Origin: Malacoraja senta
Taxonomy: Eukaryota
Reading direction: 5' to 3'
Length of the DNA stretch: 64,000 bases
NCBI GenBank assembly: GCA_038087875.1
Contig: CM075990.1
Location: 13,330,001 to 13,394,000 of the forward strand
The notes below the pieces were generated by a model. The model was not told the origin of the DNA. It was given only the letters and a program-made list of their open reading frames with translations, and ran no database searches. A program made the position numbers and the translations under genes. How positions within the stretch are numbered: the stretch's first letter is position 1; every line of letters begins with the position of its first letter. Of this stretch, positions 56,828-64,000 are shown piece by piece.

Positions 56828-57458
56828 AGTACCAATTAACATTGAGATATAAACTTCAAAATATACCTGTAAATTTAATTTGGATTGTGTTCAACCCATC
56901 CGTGGCAGCTCTGATCATAATCAGACCAGGTCTTCAGATTTTCCATTGAGAATATTTTTCATCATCTGTTCTGGAACATCCTTCATTCTGGAACATCATC
57001 TCAGATTTTCCATTGAGAATATTTTTCATCATCTGCTCAAACACTTCAGTATCATCAATCCCAGGAAAGTGTATGGATCAAAATTCCAATCATCTCACTC
57101 AGATCCTGGCTACTGTTAGTACAATTTCTCCATTCCAAAAGTGATCTTGAATGCCAGAGAAATAGCTTGTCTGCCAAAACTAAAACTTTAATCTGGTGCG
57201 TTACGTTTTGAAATTGTTGCAATTCTCAATTATTTTTTTAATTCAAAACTATTGATGTGACAAACTCAAAATAGGAATATAGCTAAAATAAATTTCAATA
57301 TATTTTCAACATTGAAACCACATTTGCATTCAACCCATTCTCCCTGCTTATCCAATGCTTATCCAAATTTTCCTGACAACAAGCATTCATGCGGAGAAGA
57401 ACAGGAGGGTTATTGTGGGGAAGGGCAGCAGGTAATAAAGTACTTTTTAAAGAAGTCT

Positions 57459-57558
57459 TTAAGAAGGAACTGCAGATGCTGGAAAATCGAAGGTAGACAA
57501 AAATGCTGGAGAAACTCAGAGGGTGAGGCAGCATCTATGGATGCTGCCTCACCCGCTG
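57459..57558. mobile_element. Truncated fold-back Penelope-derived short element
   Basis: 15-bp TSD TTTTTAAAGAAGTCT at 57444-57458 and 57559-57573. Confidence 0.8.
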
Positions 57559-58949
57559 TTTTTAAAGAAGTCTGATTATTTTGCAAGGAAACAAGTGACA
57601 CTTTGCATATAGCAAAATCCCATAATAGCAATATAATGAATGACAAGTTTGTCTTCTTAATTGTTATCGTTGAAGGAAACCTATCCCATCCGTCAAGGCA
57701 TTATTTTTTAAAATATTTCAGTGGGATCTTTAGCATTCACCCCAGGATACATCAGACCAGTTAGTTCCTCCACTAGTGCAATGCTCTCTCACACTACACT
57801 ATTTTCTCTCCGTTCACAATTTGCACAAATTTTAAGTCTAACGAGCCACCATCCTCTAATTGAACCATTGTATGAATGCTAAGGTAACAGAAACGCAGGG
57901 AAGAGGGTTTTTTTCTACACTTATCAGTACCTTCATTCCTGTGTGGAAGGGAGGGAAGGAGAGCCCTGGAGCTATTTGCAGAAATAATTTTCTGTAATGA
58001 GTTATACTCCCTTTGCTGTCAACGGCAACATTTTCAGTCTAAAAACTAAATCATTCTACCTCAAATCAAAAACAAAGTAGGTTTATCCCTGCTTTTATTG
58101 CAAATTTTACACACATAGATTTTCCTTTTCTTCCTTCTCCTAAAGAATTAGTTTTGCTCCTTTCCGACGTATAATTTATCCATTTTGTTGGATGCGCTAG
58201 TTGTTATTCTCATCCTTTTCATGCCCATCCACACTTGCCCTTGACGTGTGCTGATTTGTTTTCATGTACTCATGCAATCCTTGTGTTGAAAATTGCCTCA
58301 CTGTGCTATTAGGCAAGACTCAGTAACGTTGAATATTTTCAATTCAGGATGGACAGAGACCAAGAGAACCTGAAGAAATTGTAGCCTGTAGCCATTTGCT
58401 GCCCTCAACTTTCTGGGTGGTGGAGATCATATATCAGGTTGGTATATCAGGTGCACCTAAACTGTCCACTTTCTTGGTCTATGAATATTGGGCTACAACC
58501 ACCCAATTGTTGCTCAATAGATCAGCAGTGATACTTATTCCTTGTTTCACAATGATCTGATTCTCTTCCCCCTTCCCTCTTTATCTTTACACTCTTTTTC
58601 TAAGGTGGATTTAAAAAAAAGGGTTGTCCTTCTGAATATTTATTCCCTACCATAGAGAATTTTAATTCTCATATTTCTTCCCTTAACACCAGAAAAGCTT
58701 TACAAGCCAAAATGGAAAGAGCAAAATTACTATAGGAAGGAATTTCAAATGTTCAAACGAAAAACTAAATAAGCTACTATTTCTTCAGTTCAGAAGATGT
58801 GTAATTATATATAAATCAACACATAAATTCAACACTTTAATTCACATTAATTATAAAGCCCTTATAAATTGTAGACTTCCACCCATTATATTTCAAATCT
58901 ACCCATGATATCAAGTATTCTCAAGTATCCAGTCTACTTGTTGAATCAA

Positions 58950-60385
58950 TGTTCTTGTTGCATTCCAAAATCATGGATTATTGCCATGTGTTGACAAATT
59001 CATGATCTTGATCACTTTCTCCATCAGCACTAACACCATCTCAAGGCTGTCCCGGCTGACAGGTCCAATTTATCCTCTGAAACGCACCATGCTTCAAAAG
59101 AATATTTCCGTTCCCGTATCAAAGATCTCAAATTTCAGCAACTCCAATCCTGGCGCTCTTGTGAACTTTTCGTACCCTTCAGTTTCCTGACCCTCATCTC
59201 TCTCACAATGTTACCTCTTAACATGTTTCCACTATGCCTTCTGATCTTCCCCTCGTTGATTTCCAAATAAACTATCCTCCAGAGAGGTCTTAACTTCCAT
59301 CCTATGTACCCCATTTTCATGTCCAACATGATCGTCTTCTGTCATCCTCGCTTCAATACTAATTTCTTTGTCTCGGACTTTTCACCCCCAAACCGTGAAC
59401 CCTTTCTTCCATCTTCAGAATTCCCATCCCACAATTTTTCCACTCCGCCCATTGACTTTAACGTATCCTCTTCTGAACTTGCAGCACTCTCACTCAAAAA
59501 ATACCAACCAAAAGTTGTCTTCAAACCTGCTGACAAGGGAACTGTTGTGGTTGTTGGGAAAACAATCTAGCAGCAGATGAATGCTATCCTATGAGGCTAT
59601 CGTGTACTGGACAATACATAACTTTGGCCTCATTTCTGCCTGTGATCTTCCTTTCACAGCCTTAGGCCTCATGGACCCCAACCACGCACATCCCACTTGT
59701 AACTCCTGCAAACGTTGTGCTTCTAGTAGACCCTTTCAGCCTGTTCCTGTTTCACAGAACTTAATTTTTCTGACCATGATTCTATTCTCTCATCCAATTG
59801 ACACTCTGCTGATTTTCAGATTCCTGATCCTAACTGGCTCATCTTCCCTCTGGTGTCCAGTCTCTCTCTATTCATGTTGAAACAAGGAACTACAGATGCT
59901 GGTTTACAAAAAAACCCACAAATTGCTGAAGTAACACAGCGGGTCAGGCAGCATCCCTGGAGAACATGGACAGGTGACGTTTCGGGTCAGGATCATTCTT
60001 TAGACACTATGTAATCTTCATTCAATACGAGATGGCCCAAAAGCCCTTCAGCTCTTTCTTGGACAGATGCTAACCATCATCATCCTCCGCCATCCTCTGC
60101 AGTATTCTGTACCTTAGTCCTCATTCATCTCCTATTTAGATCTCCTCCAGACATAACATCGGTAATTAACAAACCCTCAGCACACTCATCCAGCCAGCAC
60201 ATCACCATTTGCAACACATACTTTCTTGGTCTCTGCTCTCTCCGTTTCCTTCTCCCCACCCCTCCCCCATTCTCTGCAGCGTCAACTATGATTATTTCCT
60301 GAATTTGCCCAGTTCTGATGAGAAGTCATCAACTTGAAACATTAACTCTTAGTTTCTCTCATCAGACACCGCCCCACTCGCTGAA
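58950..60385 (+). mobile_element. Old Penelope-like element remnant ending in a CTGATGA hammerhead-like motif; younger short unit nested near 59880-60005
   Basis: VVFKPADKGTVVVV (typical Penelope KPADKG motif) in ORF 59304..59570; boundaries approximate. Confidence 0.6.
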
Positions 60386-62654
60386 CACAGCAAATCTGAG
60401 GTTTTGGCATCGGACTGTTCAAAAATCATGATTGTCTGGTATCTAGTTCAACTCCTTTCTTGGAATGTGAGCCAAGGTTGAGACAGCAGGCAGGTCAGGT
60501 GAGGGCAAAGCCCAGTGGTGGGGTTTACAGAATGCAGCCAAGATCCGGACTGTGAGCCGACGGTATACAGCTGGCACTAGGGTCTAGAATACTGCAGATC
60601 AGGAACATAGGGAGGCTTGTGGCTGGAGCCAAGACCTGATGTGCTTGTATATTCAAAGCTCTTTTTTAAACTCATGGCTTCATTGGAAAATTGATTTTAC
60701 TGCCATGCAACCTTCTAAAGAGGCAAATTAAAACACTGTGCCATTATTAATAGGTGTAACATCCAGCAGTCCGTACAATCTGCTAACTGAGTACCAAAGA
60801 TACTAGAGGAGTAGTATGCTGAGTACCACCAAAGTCCTACGAGTGCCAGATTATCAGAGTTTTACTGTATTTCTACCTTTTCAATTCAAATTTCCAGCAC
60901 TACTTTTTTTCCTTTCAGCTTACTTTCTACCTTTCAGGTGTTGCAGTTAGTTCTCCTATAACATGTTCCATAACACTAATTGGTTATAATGGAACTGATG
61001 AATTGAGGAACATTATTTGTATTACACAGTTGATTGGTTATAACTTGATTTCAATCAGGAGGTAGTGAACTAGTTCAGTTATTTTTGGAAATTGACTAGC
61101 TGAAAAAAAAGCTGCCTTGGTTAAAAAAAAATCCAGCATTTGCAGACAATATTGTCTTTTAAGAACACAGCTGTCAGCTTCAAAGTGTGTGGCCATAGAA
61201 ATTGACAAGCCATGGCTTCTACTGACACTTGTGTAATGAGACTCTACAAACATACAACCTTTAGTATTTTTAGCTTGCAACAAAAATAAACCTGTTGAAA
61301 ATTGAAGAAAATTATTTACAATAGTCTTGCGGGAAAAATAAACTTTGTATGGCGAGTCTAAAACTCTCTAGTCCCTAATCCTGTTTCCCCACTGACACAA
61401 TCCTTTTTATAATGCAATTTTCTACAATGCAAGGTTTCTTAGGAACACAACTATTATGTTATAGACTACCTGTATTTAGATGCCTGCACTATATTAAATG
61501 CTCCATCCCTTAATCCCTCTGCAATGATTAAATAATGGTCAGACAGACTGCTTGAATGGCTTGTAATTGCAGATCGGGGACAGGCTATGGCGCACTAAGT
61601 TCCTGCATAATTTTGTTGTTCTGACTAAAAATGATGATTAGGACTGCAAGGCTGCATTTTGGTTTTTACTATTGAACATGAACCATTTGGAGCCAATAAA
61701 ATAAACCCAAAGGTATTCCCCAGTATTTCATCTTTTGTGCCTCATTCTGGCAACTCAGCAATCTTTAAACACTTTGAATTTCTCTCCCTCTATTTTCATC
61801 CTAGGTTCTTCCCACATCCTCTCAAGAGTAACCTATCTGCTCCATCTGGGTTACATTTTAATCATGCTACCGGCACATATAAAGGTAAGATTCCGTCCAT
61901 AAAAAAGAACCAATTAAATAATAATTAATACAGTGTGGGCAAAGGGCATCTAGCCAAACACTTTCTGAATGAACATCAGCAACATCGGTATACTTTTATT
62001 CAGCTGGGCTAAGCTAAGGAAGTAGTATTTCCCTTTTCCCACAAAAGATGCAAGACTTCAAACATAAACTCAGTCAGATCATTTGACATTTTAATTTCAG
62101 TAATCTCAATGATGATCAATTTTGTTTGAAAAGCTGCATTTATACCATTTCAACCACAATAATCTGCAGAGATAAAATATTGTGACATGGTAAACAGCAC
62201 TATTGTTATTCAGATGTATTATCGTACTTGTTGCTCAGACACAATAAATTAATTTGAGGCCAACCAGCAAAGAAAGATGCTTCAATAAAGTGACAACCTG
62301 CTGGTTTGATTTTGGTAATGTAAACTCAAAGACCTGCAGATATTGGTTAACAGAAAAGGGCACAAAGTGCTGGAGTAACACAGCACTGACCCGCTGAGGT
62401 CACCATTTGTGTCCGATTTTGTTAAAATTGGTTGAGGGAACATTGCTGGTCAAGACACAAAACTCTGTTTTCCTTCTTGGACCATTAATATCCATGCAAA
62501 CCAGCAGATATGATCCAGGTCAAATATCTCATCTGAAAGACCACAAGTTCTCAGAACTGCACTAATCTGCCAGACTCATCTTGGATTGGAGTTTGGGTTC
62601 CACAACTTAGCGATTCAAATTTGAGGATGCTACCAATGTAATCACACACAGAGT

Positions 62655-63070
62655 GATGGAGGAATTCAATGGGTCAGGCAGCATCTGCAGAAGGGAATGG
62701 ATAGATGATGTCGTGGGTCGGGACCCTTCTTCAGACTGGGAAGAGCGGGGGAGTGGAGGTTAAAAGAAAGCTGGAAAAGAGGTGTGAACATGACTAAGCC
62801 TGGCAAGTGATAGGTGGAGGTAGACCCAAATGCTGGAGTAAGTCAGCGGGACAGGCAACATCTCTGGAGAGAAAGAATGGGTGACGTTTCGGGTCGAGAC
62901 CCTTCTTCAGACTGGTGATAGGTGGATACAGCTGGGGGAGGGGTTGATTGGCAGATGGGTGGAGTGACAAAGACTAGACGTGGAAAGGAGACAGCAAGGT
63001 CAGTTAAGGAAAGAGTGAAATGTAAAATCAGAGGAAGGGATATGATTGGAAGGGGACAGAAAAGGAGGAC
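62655..63070 (-). mobile_element. Penelope 3' end with nested 96-bp hammerhead unit (62819-62914)
   Basis: 12-bp TSD GTGATAGGTGGA at 62807-62818 and 62915-62926; intact core 62883-62910. Confidence 0.78.
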
Positions 63071-63924
63071 ATCTGAACAAAAACCAGTACACTAGAAGTT
63101 TAAGAACTGCATGAATGCACTGTCATGAAACAGAAAATTGGTTCATGTCTGGTGGAATGAAATGTATACGGTAGAGGGAAAGAAATTCCATTGTGTAAAT
63201 AAACTAGTTAATTTAAAGAGGCACATTATGTGTACATGGCTCAGAAAGAACTTTTGTTAACTCTGCTATGTAACTGGATCTTTCTCACAGTTCTATATTA
63301 ATTGCTTCTGACGTTCAACTGTGGGTTTTTAATGTCAGAGTGCCAGCTTCTTAGACTACTGAAGCTGGCTGACTTATGCCAACAGTGCAGTTATCCAACT
63401 GAGAAAATGTGGACCAGGCACTTCAGAACCATGTCCACTCACATCATAATAATACTTAAAAAATAATCAAGCCATCCACAGTACGGATATGGGATAAAAC
63501 GTATAACATTCAATGCAAGATCAAGTCCAATAATATCCGATTAAAGATAGTTCAAATGTCTCCAATGAGGTAGATGGGAGGTCAGGACCACACTAGCTGA
63601 TGAAGACAGTTCAATTGCCTGATAACAGCTGGGAAGAAACTATCTCTGATTGTGTTTCTGATTTTTTTTTTAATGTCTTTGAATCGAATTCTGTCTTTAA
63701 TTTGTGTATTGGTGATGTCTTTATAACTTATTTTACTCCGATTATATGTTTCTCTGTTATATTCTGTAAGGTGTCCTTGAGACTTTTGTATAGGCGCCCA
63801 CAAATAAAATTTATTATTATTATTATTATCTCTGAATCTGGAGGTATGTGTTTTCAGACATGTACAATGGCAGTTTTATTTTTTTCAATAAAGAGCTACA
63901 GAATCAACTTATCTCCTCTAATTA

Positions 63925-64000
63925 TATTTAAGAGGGAGCTAGATGTGGCCCTTGTGGCTAAAGGGATCAGAGGGTATGGAGAGAAGGCAGGTACGGGATA
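63925..64000 (+). mobile_element. CR1 3' fragment running off the window end
   Basis: Nearly identical to 204-281. Confidence 0.85.

Noticed and set aside
56407-57035. Repeat-spacer-repeat pattern resembling a CRISPR array
   Set aside because: Only two units each, eukaryotic context, no cas genes.

Overview
Vertebrate genomic DNA, very likely a cartilaginous fish (skate or ray, judged from HE1/V-SINEs, CR1, Deu-SINE and Penelope repeats). The window holds the complete coding region of prolyl 4-hydroxylase alpha-1 (P4HA1) on the minus strand: ATG at 47486, TGA at 15101, 14 coding exons per isoform, 1605 nt, 534 aa. The non-coding exon 1 and promoter were not identified. The main result is two clusters of tandemly duplicated, probably mutually exclusive exons in the catalytic domain. 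(1) The known exon 9/10 pair: here exon 10 is 2 nt short but has a frame-restoring donor 11 nt downstream, and the pair is bracketed by competing long-range RNA helices. (2) A duplicate of the 54-nt exon carrying the Fe-binding HxD motif (HFDFGR vs HHDFAR), only 47 nt away and ending in a GC donor; I know of no description of this. The rest is a repeat landscape: a DIRS retrotransposon with intact termini and ICR, many short Penelope-derived insertions with TSDs and minimal hammerhead-ribozyme cores (one in sense in the predicted 3'UTR), a solo LTR, MITEs, and a 241-bp inverted duplication. All calls come from reading the sequence; no searches were run.
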